From contig CBFFRQ010000067.1 in the NCBI GenBank assembly GCA_965644315.1, positions 1-64,000 of the forward strand: a stretch of DNA of 64,000 nucleotides. The letters are read 5' to 3'. The notes under the pieces were generated by a model. The model did no database searches, was not told where the DNA came from, and saw only the letters and a list, made by a program, of their open reading frames with translations. This DNA comes from Caecitellus pseudoparvulus. Taxonomy: Eukaryota; Protista; Bigyra: Bicosoecida. Of this stretch, positions 18,644-29,000 are shown one piece after another. The first letter of the stretch is position 1. The number at the start of each line of letters is the position of its first letter. The translations under genes and the position numbers were made by a program.

Positions 18644-21600
18644 TCAGGAGGGAGGCGGCTTGGCAGCGCTGTTTCTTCGCTGGGTCGCTGACGAACGCCG
18701 ACGAGCCGAGCCTGTGAAAGAAATGCGACCCCGGCTGTCAACAGACCGTCTCGCCGCTGATGAGCCCCGCCGGGTGCGCTGCTGCTCCGCCATTTCTGCA
18801 ATGGCCGCCATGTGCCCCATGCTCAGCCGGCGAGTGCGCTGAAGAGGGTTCTCAACCTCCTCTCCTTCTCTTCCGAGCTCCAGCCTTCCGGCAAAGCTTG
18901 AACGCGGACTGCCAGCACTGGGGGTCGAAGGTTCGCCTGAAACACCAATCATTGACCGACTGAGGTCTGCAAGCCCAGCTTGGGAGCTGCGCCGCGCTAC
19001 AGAAGTTGGCAGGTCTGCTAGCTGGCCTGGTGCTCGCGCTCGACTGTCTGGGAGATCAGACGTCTGCTTTGCCTGTTCTGACTGCGATGGCGTCGAAGCT
19101 TGCTTCTCAGCACCAGCTACTTCATGGCTGCGTGCCGAGGTGGGCTCTGCCTTGCCTGCCCGCAGAGGGTTCGTCGCGTTGCCGGCACCTGCCTCGGTGA
19201 TGGGGAGCAGAGATGCTTCCTGTAATGCCAGCAAAGATGGCGGTTGGGCTGGGCGTGTACTGGACTCCTCCTTTGTTGTGTCTGTCGTTTCCGCGTTCGC
19301 TCTCGCAGAGCTTGGTGTGGATGCCACGGACACGAGGGCGGCTCCCCTTGGACCCAAAGCCTGCAGCACGGCATCGACGTTGCTACGTGGACTACTCAGT
19401 CCACTACGCTGCACCATGCCACCAGAGAACGACAGCACAGTGCCCAAGCTGGTGGCAGTGCGTGGGGCGGCTGGCTGGATGCGACCACACCTCACCAGTC
19501 GCTGTGCCAGGGCTGATGCGATGTCCACGAACGTCGGCACTCGACTGTCCACGATCTGCCCCACAGTGCTGTCCCCTGCGCTGTCTGCACTGCCCAGCTC
19601 AGGCAAAAGAGCCCGGATGCGGGTTCCGATACGAGCCAGCACTGCCCGTGCCGCTGAGCTGTACCCACGCACCACCACCAGCAGAATGGCCAGCAGAATG
19701 ACGCCCTGTGAAATGTACAGGAAAGTATCTGTGACTCCCCGCACACCTGCAGGTGGGCGGAGGCTGTTCACGCCCACCAGCACCACCTCCAGCAGGATGC
19801 CGCCTTGGGCCATGACGTCCAGGTCTGTCAGCTCCTCCAGACACCAGGGCCGCCGCCACCGCACAAGGAGCAGGCTGCCCAGCACCACGCCACCCACAAT
19901 ACACAGGCGGAGCATGATGTCAGTGGTCAGCCACGTGACACATGCCACGACAGCGACGAGAGTGGTCTGCATCGCAAGGAATGTGTGTGTGGGCAGCAGC
20001 CATGCGAAGCCCCAGCATGCTGCCTGAGCTTGCTCAGCCTCAGCGACAGCAGCCTCCGCAATGGCACTGCTCTTATCGCCACCTGTGTTAGTCACAAGGT
20101 TCCGGGCTTGCTGTGGCGTCATCTGGATGCGGTAGCCGTTGGAGAGGAAGCCACGCACGGTGGCGCCTCGCAATGCAGCGGTGCTCGCTCCGCGCCACTG
20201 CCGCCAAGCCATGAAGGCGACGAAACCCACACTGCCTGCCAGAATGTGCAGTATGAGGGGGAAGATGAAGGGAACTGCAGCCTTCATGGTGCCAGCTGGT
20301 GTGTTGGCGTCAGCCAATGCTTCATGCTGAGGACGCAACCCAACCAACTCGGCGTGCAGCTGCAGCAGAGCTGGCAGCAGGCGGACGTACGCAGCTGCCG
20401 GCAGCAAAAGCGACACACTGCACCACACCCCACGCGTTGTGCCAGCTGCAGGCTTTGTTAGTCCCAGCGTCAGTGCGGATGCCATCAGCAGGAAGGCGCC
20501 CAGCGCCACCAGGAACAGGTTGCCGGCGTTGCCTGGACTGGATGGGTCGCCACCACCTGCGGCACAGGCCACAGATGGCAGGCTTGCCAAGCTGCTAGAG
20601 CCAGTTATGGCGGACAACACAGCCATGCCGCCTGCGCCCGCCGAGTCAGTGTCAGCATCGCGAGTGTAGAGCGTGCCGTTCAGATTTGAGGTTGGCTGAC
20701 CTGCCCACGGTCTGGCCAGCTCACATGCGCCAGCCCACTGGTGCAGGGAGTGTGCTGACGCTTGAAGAGAGTCTGGGCCCGATGGGGCAAGGATTGCGAT
20801 CTGAGCAGATATGCCGATGAACCAGAGCATGATCCTCAGTCCGCCGGTGAACAGGCTGGTGGTGAGGTTCTCTGGTGACTTGGCGTACTTGCGGAGACTG
20901 AGGACTGCCACCGCCAGAGCCATGATGACCTGCAACGCAGCAAAGCCAACGGCTGCGCCCGTTGGGGATATGCCAGTGTCGGGGCACTGCTTACAAGCTG
21001 AACAAGGTGACACAGCCGCCCAACCTGCGACACAAGTGCCACAAGCTGCTCCAGAGTGGCCTTGAGCGCAGCCACTGATGCCTGCCAAGGTACTGGACAC
21101 TGGACAAGCACCTCGGCGCGGACAAGGTAACAACTGAGCTGTGGTGGCGCTATCACATGCAGCATGGCACGTGGCCGAGCCGGGAAAGGCCAGATGAAAG
21201 GTGGAAGACGAGGTTCCTGCAGTCCCCACTTGCCAGGCCCAACTCGAGCCTGTTGCAGTGGGCAAAAGAGAAAATCGTTTCTCGTTGGGAGAAGGCATGG
21301 TTTCTTGAAGAACTGGGGAAAGGGAAGCAGTCTGCGAGCGAGTGCTTGAGGGTAATGCGCTCACAATGGCCAACGTCGTCCCCATCATAGAAGACGTGGC
21401 CGTGGCAGTAGAGGTGTGAGATGGCGTAACAGTCACAGAGGTAGTGGCCGTGGTCATTGCCGTGGCGGTGTGAGATGGCGTAACAGTCACAGAGGTGGTG
21501 GCCGTGGTCATTGCCGTGGCGGTGTGAGATGGCGTAACAGTCACAGAGGTGGTGGCCGTGGTCATTGCCGTGGCGGTGTGAGATGGCGTAACAGTCACAG

Positions 21601-23806
21601 AGGTGGTGGCCGTGGTCATTGCCGTGGCGGTGTGAGATGGCGTAACAGTCACAGAGGTGGTGGCCGTGGTCATTGCCGTGGCGGTGTGAGATGGCGTAAC
21701 AGTCACAGAGGTGGTGGCCGTGGTCATTGCCGTGGCGGTGTGAGATGGCGTAACAGTCACAGAGGTGGTGGCCGTGGTCATTGCCGTGGCGGTGTGAGAT
21801 GGCGTAACAGTCACAGAGGTGGTGGCCGTGGTCATTGCCGTGGCGGTGTGAGATGGCGTAACAGTCACAGAGGTGGTGGCCGTGGTCATTGCCGTGGCGG
21901 TGTGAGATGGCGTAACAGTCACAGAGGTGGTGGCCGTGGTCGGTGCCGTGGCGGTGTGAGATGGTGTCCCGGTGGGCGTTGGGGATGCAGACGGTGTGGA
22001 GGTAACAGTTTGTGACGTACTCGGTGTCTGAGACGGTAATCCCGTGGGTGAGCGTGCTGGGCTCGCAGATGGGCTTGGTGAAGGCGTAGCCAAAGCCAAA
22101 CTCTGGCCGGGCAGGCAGACGATGTCCACGACTGGTGGGCACGTTCCTGCGATGCACCTCCAAGCACCATACAGTGTGCTGCTTGCACACGAGCCCGAAC
22201 CTGTGCACGAAATGTTGCAGTGGCTAGGCGTGGATGGGCGGTTACAAAACATGGTGGTGTCTGTACAAGAGTCCCTGCCAGAACAATTAAGATCAGCACC
22301 CTCAAGCAGTATGAGAGGGTGGTTTCCTGATGTGGCAGGGCAGCTATTCGATGAACTACAACTTATGGTTTCGTTGGAGAGGGGAGGTGCAATGGGGCAG
22401 TGTTGACACATGCAGAGCTGGGGGCTCGTGGGAAGTGGACCATCAGACAGGGAGCAGTTGAACGGCAAGGGTGGAGAATGGGGACAAGAACTTTCAAACG
22501 GTGCCCCAAACGTTGTGAGAGTGACGAGATTGGTGAGGCTGTCAAACAAACCGATGGGAAGGCTAGTCAGGGCATTGTTGCTCCTTAGGTCCAGGGTTGT
22601 AAGGAGGGTGAGGCTGTCGAACACGCCCACAGGCAGGCTGGACAGGTCGTTGCTGAACAAGGACAGGCTCCTGAGGCTGACTAGATTGTCAAATACGGCC
22701 ACGGGCAGGCTGGTTAGGTCGTTTTCGCTCAAGTCCAGGTACATGAGGTTGGTAAGGCTGTCAAACACACCCACAGGCAAGATCATCAGGTCATTGCCCC
22801 TCAGGCTCAGGGTCGTGAGCCTGACAAGGCTCTCAAACACGCCCATTGGCAGGCTGTTCAGGTCGTTCTTATGCAGGTGCAGGGTTTCAAGGTTGGTGTT
22901 GCTGTCAAACACACCCACAGGCAGGCTGGCCAAACTGTTGAACCCCAGGCGCAGGTTTCTGAGGTTGGTGAGGCTGTCAAACATGCCCACAGGCAGGCTG
23001 ACCAGGTCATTGCTGTTCAGGACCACGTGTGTGAGGCTGGTAAGGTTGTCAAATACGCCTACAGGCAGGCTGGTCAGGGCATTGCTGCTCAGGTCCAGCT
23101 GTGTGAGGCTGGTGAGGCTGTCAAACATGCCCGCAGGCAGGCTGGCCAGGGCATTGCTGTTCAGGACCACGTGTGTGAGGCTGGTAAGGTTCTCAAACAC
23201 GCCCACAGGCAGACTGGCCAGGGCATCGTTGTGGCTCAGCTCCAGGTGTGTAAGGCTGGTGAGGCCATCAAACACGCCCACAGGCAGACTGGCCAGGGCA
23301 TCGTTCTCGTACAGGTCCAGGTGTGTGAGGCTTGCGAGGCTGTCAAACATACCCACAGGTAGGCTGGTCAGGGCGTTATTGTACCCCATGCTCAGGTGTA
23401 TGAGGCTGATGAGGCTGTCAAACACGCCCTTAGGCAGGCTGGTCAGGGCAGTGTTTTCGCTCAGCTCCAGGTGTGTGAGGCTGGTGAGGCCATCAAACAC
23501 GCCCACAGGCAAGCTGGACAGAGCATTGTTGCTGTTCAGGTACAGAGTGCTGAGGTTGGTCAGGCTGTCAAACACGCCAACAGGCAGGCTGGTCAGGGCA
23601 TTGTTGTCGCTTAGCTCCAGGTGTGTGAGGCTGGTGAGACCGTCGAATGCACTCGCGTTGATGCCTGTGAAGCTTTCGGATCTGATTCCCAAACTCGTGC
23701 CGCCACAACTGCTGCAGTCTTGTAGCAAGTTGCTCGCCACTACGCAGCATCCAGACACGGCACCTGTCACATCGGCCCACAGACTCAACAGGCACACCAC
23801 CATCAT
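18644..23806 (-). CDS. Surface receptor: signal peptide, about 16 LRRs, Cys-rich region, Thr-rich mucin stalk, Cys-rich region, multi-pass (about 7+) TM domain, disordered tail
   Basis: LRR consensus LTSLPVGVFDSLTxLxxLxLxxN. Hydrophobic leader MMVVCLLSLWADVTGA at 23806 (the ORF is open from 24061). CAQGHSGAACGTCxxGW..C..C precedes the TM helices. Confidence 0.9.
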   Translation of the reverse strand: MMVVCLLSLWADVTGAVSGCCVVASNLLQDCSSCGGTSLGIRSESFTGINASAFDGLTSLTHLELSDNNALTSLPVGVFDSLTNLSTLYLNSNNALSSLPVGVFDGLTSLTHLELSENTALTSLPKGVFDSLISLIHLSMGYNNALTSLPVGMFDSLASLTHLDLYENDALASLPVGVFDGLTSLTHLELSHNDALASLPVGVFENLTSLTHVVLNSNALASLPAGMFDSLTSLTQLDLSSNALTSLPVGVFDNLTSLTHVVLNSNDLVSLPVGMFDSLTNLRNLRLGFNSLASLPVGVFDSNTNLETLHLHKNDLNSLPMGVFESLVRLTTLSLRGNDLMILPVGVFDSLTNLMYLDLSENDLTSLPVAVFDNLVSLRSLSLFSNDLSSLPVGVFDSLTLLTTLDLRSNNALTSLPIGLFDSLTNLVTLTTFGAPFESSCPHSPPLPFNCSLSDGPLPTSPQLCMCQHCPIAPPLSNETISCSSSNSCPATSGNHPLILLEGADLNCSGRDSCTDTTMFCNRPSTPSHCNISCTGSGSCASSTLYGAWRCIAGTCPPVVDIVCLPGQSLALATPSPSPSASPARSPTGLPSQTPSTSQTVTSTPSASPTPTGTPSHTATAPTTATTSVTVTPSHTATAMTTATTSVTVTPSHTATAMTTATTSVTVTPSHTATAMTTATTSVTVTPSHTATAMTTATTSVTVTPSHTATAMTTATTSVTVTPSHTATAMTTATTSVTVTPSHTATAMTTATTSVTVTPSHTATAMTTATTSVTVTPSHTATAMTTATTSVTVTPSHTSTATATSSMMGTTLAIVSALPSSTRSQTASLSPVLQETMPSPNEKRFSLLPTATGSSWAWQVGTAGTSSSTFHLAFPGSATCHAACDSATTAQLLPCPRRGACPVSSTLAGISGCAQGHSGAACGTCVAGWAAVSPCSACKQCPDTGISPTGAAVGFAALQVIMALAVAVLSLRKYAKSPENLTTSLFTGGLRIMLWFIGISAQIAILAPSGPDSLQASAHSLHQWAGACELARPWAGQPTSNLNGTLYTRDADTDSAGAGGMAVLSAITGSSSLASLPSVACAAGGGDPSSPGNAGNLFLVALGAFLLMASALTLGLTKPAAGTTRGVWCSVSLLLPAAAYVRLLPALLQLHAELVGLRPQHEALADANTPAGTMKAAVPFIFPLILHILAGSVGFVAFMAWRQWRGASTAALRGATVRGFLSNGYRIQMTPQQARNLVTNTGGDKSSAIAEAAVAEAEQAQAACWGFAWLLPTHTFLAMQTTLVAVVACVTWLTTDIMLRLCIVGGVVLGSLLLVRWRRPWCLEELTDLDVMAQGGILLEVVLVGVNSLRPPAGVRGVTDTFLYISQGVILLAILLVVVRGYSSAARAVLARIGTRIRALLPELGSADSAGDSTVGQIVDSRVPTFVDIASALAQRLVRCGRIQPAAPRTATSLGTVLSFSGGMVQRSGLSSPRSNVDAVLQALGPRGAALVSVASTPSSARANAETTDTTKEESSTRPAQPPSLLALQEASLLPITEAGAGNATNPLRAGKAEPTSARSHEVAGAEKQASTPSQSEQAKQTSDLPDSRARAPGQLADLPTSVARRSSQAGLADLSRSMIGVSGEPSTPSAGSPRSSFAGRLELGREGEEVENPLQRTRRLSMGHMAAIAEMAEQQRTRRGSSAARRSVDSRGRISFTGSARRRSSATQRRNSAAKPPPS
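21414..21965 (-). repeat. Coding 54-bp minisatellite (about 10 copies, TPSHTATAMTTATTSVTV)
   Basis: Near-perfect tandem unit visible in both DNA and protein. Confidence 0.97.
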
Positions 23807-26076
23807 GATTCTGCACCACCTTACTTCCTTAATTGATGTCCTTATCTTCCCAGCTGGCATGCCTGCGCGGCATGTTGTTCCAAGCTTCGGTGTGGTTTCC
23901 AACGTTGATTGCACTCCCCGCATTTCTGAGCTGTCACGTGCATGAACTTGGACCCTCGTTGGGTGAACCCCCCTTTTCAAAGTATTAATCATACACAAAC
24001 GGACATAGGCAGTGCAAAGGCTTGCATCTCTGCGCTCTTGAGACTGCACCATCGCTGTCACCTGTACTTGTACCTTGGGCTCCTCCGCCTCAAGGTTTGC
24101 CCAAACAGTGCCCTTGTGGCCTGGCTGTGCGCGAGTCGACTGGTAGACAGAAAAGAAGAGTGAACCTCAAATGGTCTACGTTGCCTCTGTCTCAAGGGGA
24201 GCCACGCGCAGCCTCGTCGTTGCAACGGAGTGAAGAAGTCTGACAGGAGCAGGTCGACGTGACCCCTCTATAAGTCACATATTGAGGCAGAGGCGGCGAT
24301 GCTGCCCAATCGTCAGAGTGTTATTTGATTCTGTGTAGCGAACGTTCTTGTGTGCAAAGTGCACCACGCGCACGGGGGCGCTGAGGGGACTTTGACTACC
24401 TACGGTTGGGACTGGCTCAGTTTCGTCCGAAACGCAAATTGACCTCTCGACGTCTCTCTGCAAGGCAGCTGAAAGCGAGCACACCATCCGGCGCCCAACG
24501 CCGCTAGCCCCTTCATGACCCATAGACACCACCATCCCTGGTCTTTCTCTGTTCGCCTCCACGTTGGGTCTGCTGTGTTGAACGTGCTTAGGGTCTGCTC
24601 CCATGCAGCTGCAACCTCACCCCTTTACCCCGTTCAATCCACAGCGGCCCAGCTTTATGAACACAACATCAATAATTACCTTGTGTTCCTCGATTGCTGT
24701 GTTTATCACCTTGGTGACAAAGCCCTAAGAACGCCAATTGTCTTCCTCAGCCACTCCACCACGATCCACTGCTCGCCTGTGCAGAGGCCAAACACGGCAC
24801 AATGCGGCTCATCGCGGATGCCATTGCATAAGAGATGACCATGTTCAATTCGGGCGTGAGTCTGGCAAACTCTACTTCGACGAGGTCACCTTGTCTCCGA
24901 TAAATCCAACCTCAGTTCAAGCTCCAGGCATGCAACTGCCTTCAGGGAGTGTGCAAGGTTTGAGGTCTCCAAAGCCCCAACACTGCCCATGATGCTGTAG
25001 ATAACTTTATGCTTCTCAAGACAACTCTGTTCCGCAAAACTGGTCGACTATCTTCGCCAGTCCCATTCCAACACCCTCCACTGCGCATCACAGCAGCAGG
25101 CTGCAGCGGTGCAGCATGGCAAGCGAGAAGAAGCCTTCCCAGACTTTACATGCTGGCCCTTAGAATATCTTGGCCGGCGCAGCATTCTCCGTCAGCGAAA
25201 CAGCGCTTCTTGATCTGTCCTTCGGATAAATCTGCGCGGCCTGCACAACAGCTCAAGGAAGCGTCCCACTTACCATAGCACATGCCCAGATGGCACTGGC
25301 ACAAACACTTTGGTGTGATTTTCGCAGTGCAGTCCTCAATGTGTGCCTCCTCAGTAGCGATCCTGCCGTGCAAGTCCAGACCATCATGTCCTTCAGAGCA
25401 ATGCAGGAAGCATGGACGCACACGAGCCAGAAGAAGTCCATGAGGAAAACTCCAAGCAACACATGAACTTCGTACAGCCTACATCGAAAATAATACCCGT
25501 ATCTCGCTTTCATCACCCTTTGCCTGCGCAGAGCCCCACGTAAACTCTCCTGTAGGCACCAATTTCCGCCACCTTGCACCCGCTACGCCAGCCGCCAGTG
25601 CTGACCACACTGCAACTGAATCAGTGCAAGAATAATACCTATCAATCAAAAGATAACTTATCTTCGCCATGACAGCGTCTAGGGAGTGAATACTTTGCCC
25701 TGTTCCTGGCCATGCTTCACTTCAGCGGAATGTGGTCTGAGCCTTTGCGAAGCTGTAAGTATCCGGGCCCATCTGGCGCACCCTGCTCCCAAAGGTCCGC
25801 ATTTAAGCCTAACTGCCGATAAAGATGTTTGGCTGTGCGCGAAGCTTTGTTTTTTGCCCCAGACCCTGACGGGCGACATCCCACCCGCTGCCCGGATCCG
25901 CATCTGAGTCATTCTCCACTCGGTCAATCCCATCAGCCAAGACATCCCACGAAAAATTCACACACTAGAATCGATCACCCCACACAAGTAACCACAGCCA
26001 TACACAGAAAGCGAGAAGTGTGCATTTCATGACCTTTGGTGCCTGCAAAGCAGAGCCCCCTGCTGCTCAGGCGAGC

Positions 26077-29000
26077 TCAAAGCGCGAAGCACAGCACGCG
26101 GTGGCCGCCGTCATCACAGGTGGAGTCAGCCTCTGGGTCGCACAAGGCACGGATGCCGTCTGAATCTGCGCGGGTTTCCAGCCCAGCGTTGTTCACCGCT
26201 CGCACCGTTGCAAAGGTCACTTCATCTCGTTGCAAGGCGACAGTTGGCGTATCTGCCGTATCGGACACGCCTTCAAAGGCTGCAGGAACTGACACACCTT
26301 CAGCTGATGCCGGTGCCCAGGTGCAGGGGTGCTTGTCATCTGCGCCAGGGATGCTGCCCAGACACCACCAGTAGCCAGCCAGCCCGCTCTCGGCATCCGT
26401 GGCTTGGGCCCAGGCAATGTGCAAGGCTGTGGGGGCGACGATGCAGTCAGCATCTAGCCCAGGCACAGCGCCGTCCACTACGGCAGTGATGCCGCCAGGC
26501 CACACTGGGCCTGTGCCGTCGGTGATGCTGACAGGCGCACTGAGCAGCGTTTGCTGTCCGCCGCCGTTCGTCGCTCTCAGCACGAGAGCAAGGCGCTCAG
26601 AGCGCAGCAACCAGGCTTCGGACGCGGCGCGTTCGGCGGCTGGAATGGGCGACAGGACCACTGCTCCGTCAGACGCGGTGCTGCCTTGGCACATGCTCAG
26701 ACGGCCGAAGAGAGGGCGGTCATCGGTGGACAGCCCGACAAACTCCTGGGGGGTCGAAAGGCCATCTGTGTTGAGGGACACCCAGCTGTCTTGGCTGATT
26801 GGGCCATTGCCTGCCAAGCCCAGCGCCGTGGGAGCAGACGAGCCTGCGCCAGTGACCAGCAGGACATCCAGCCCAGCGAGGCCTGTCTCGGGGTCTGCAA
26901 TACCAGCCCAATGCAGCACGACGGGCGCATCGGTTTGTGCGCGGTACGTGACGTGCCCTGCACGGGCCGTCACTTGTGGAGCACGCTCACTCAGTGAAGT
27001 GCCCGCCTCAACTGCGGCCAGCTGTGCAGTATGGGTGCAGGCGCTGGCCTGCTCTGCAGCCAACGCCCCCACCCACAGTCCAGCTGGGACGCCCTCGGCA
27101 GGCGGGGTTGTGTCCAGCAGGGCCAGTGGAGCGACACCGCGTGCCGCAATGCCGGCCCCGTTCTCCGCGACCACCGTGAGCCAAATGACAGCTGCAGGCT
27201 CTGGGACGATGCTCGTCACATTCAGCACCAAACTTGCAGGGGTGGTCGCAACACAAACTCTGTCAAGCTCGGAGCCTTGGGCCCAGCCCGCAGGCGTTGT
27301 GGATAGGAAGGCACACACCTGCCGCATGCCGCTCTGGGCGTCACTCCACTGCCCAAGCTGCACCTCCACGCCATGCTCCACTGCATCCACCCACGCCAAC
27401 GGCTCCAAGTTATCGACGTCCGCGACTGGCAGCGGGTCCAACGCAAGTGTGCTGCCTGCTTGGAAGGCGTCTTGGACAGCACTGATGCTCAGCTCCAGGG
27501 CGCGGCTTGCAAAGTGCACCTGCCCGCCGTCCGGTATGCTGGAGTCCAGCAGGAGGGGTGGCGAGCTGGTGAGTAGGCTTGCGCCCAAGGCCGTCACCGT
27601 CGTGACGTCCACTCGCACGACTGAGCCGCCTGGTACGAGGGAGGCTGGCAGGGACAAGTCTTGCAAGGCCAGCTCCACTGCGTTGCCTTGTGTTGCAGAT
27701 GCCAGTGTGGCTGGTTCAAATGCGCCACCTGACACGCGCGAAACGGAGCCGTCGTCTGCCAGGAGACTCACTTGGTACTGAACGCTGGCCAGCGGTACCA
27801 AGGGCAGCAGGGGCAGGCGCAACTTCGCGTGCAGGGCGTTGCCGTGCTGGGCCGTCATCACGCCAGGCAGATGTGCCACTGGGTGTGCCGAAGGGAAGGC
27901 GACGCGACCAGGCACCAGCACAGGCGGCTGCACGATGAGCAGAGGGGACAGCGCGAGGGATGCGGCACCTGCACCATTCGCCACCTTCACAGCCACAACG
28001 TGGGGCAGGTCGCTTGCCGCATCCAAGAAATCGCGCCCGACCTCGAATCGCATGCGGCTGTCGGTGGTGGCCAGAGCGGACGAGGAAATGGCGTTCCAGT
28101 CAATGACAATGTCCTGAGCATGTGCAGCGCAAGCGGCTGCCTCGGCACATGCAGAGGCGTTCACAGGCAGCAGCGCCCATGCGGCGCCCGACTGGGCGTC
28201 CCACGGTGCGTCAGCTGTGAAGGTGAGGCCTGTGGCCTGTGTGAACGCCGCAGCGGCCAAGGACCCCTCGTTGAGCTGGGTGCCTTGGGCTGGCACGAAT
28301 GCCAGCTGCCCTTCCACGGCAGAAGGCGCTTCACCCAGGACGGACGCAGCAAGGGGGTGCAGCGCACGGGCCAGAGCCCGCTGGTTGTGCACTGTGCCCT
28401 GCCAAACGCCATCTGCATCCAGGGTGCTGCTCGCCGCCAGCGCCATGGACAGCGGCTGCTGCACTGGCGCACTCCAAGCTGCATCCACAGTTACACCCAC
28501 GCTGGAGGCGACACTCGTCCAACTGTCACTGGACTGCACGTGGAGGTTGGGAAACACCTGTGAGCCACTGGCGAGGTGCAAGCCAGACACCAGCAGCTCG
28601 CCTTGCAGGGCCTGCAGCTGGTCCAGTGGAACTGGCTGTGCTCCTCGCAAGTCTCGCAAGCCTGGCTGGGAGCCAAGGGAGATCTGCACAGAGTGTACAG
28701 GAGCCTGAGAAGCCACGGTCCACTGCACACCCACGGCGGTTGTGTTCTGCTGGAAGCAACACATCCCGCCTGCACTGCCGCTGGAAGTCAGCGGCACGGG
28801 TGCAATGGAACCTGAGAAGGCGGCCTCTTGCCCGATGAAAATGCTTCCACTGCTCGTGTTGGCAACGTTCTCCGCGCTGTCGGTCGCCTTCAACGACAAG
28901 ATCAGCGTTTCCTGCCCATTGCCCAGGGGCAAGGACAGGGTTGTGGCGGAGAGGGTGGCGTTTGTGTCCAGACCAGCTGCAGGCGGAAGCAGCGACACCT

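Noticed and set aside
22410-23945. 511-aa plus-strand ORF, and similar long ORFs at 43033-44686 and 21153-22208
   Set aside because: These are antisense or alternative-frame shadows of repetitive LRR, mucin and AEK coding sequence.
24100-26000. Short ORFs between the LRR and FN3-like genes, and at 33200-34580
   Set aside because: No recognisable motifs or consistent reading frame, so they are treated as intergenic.
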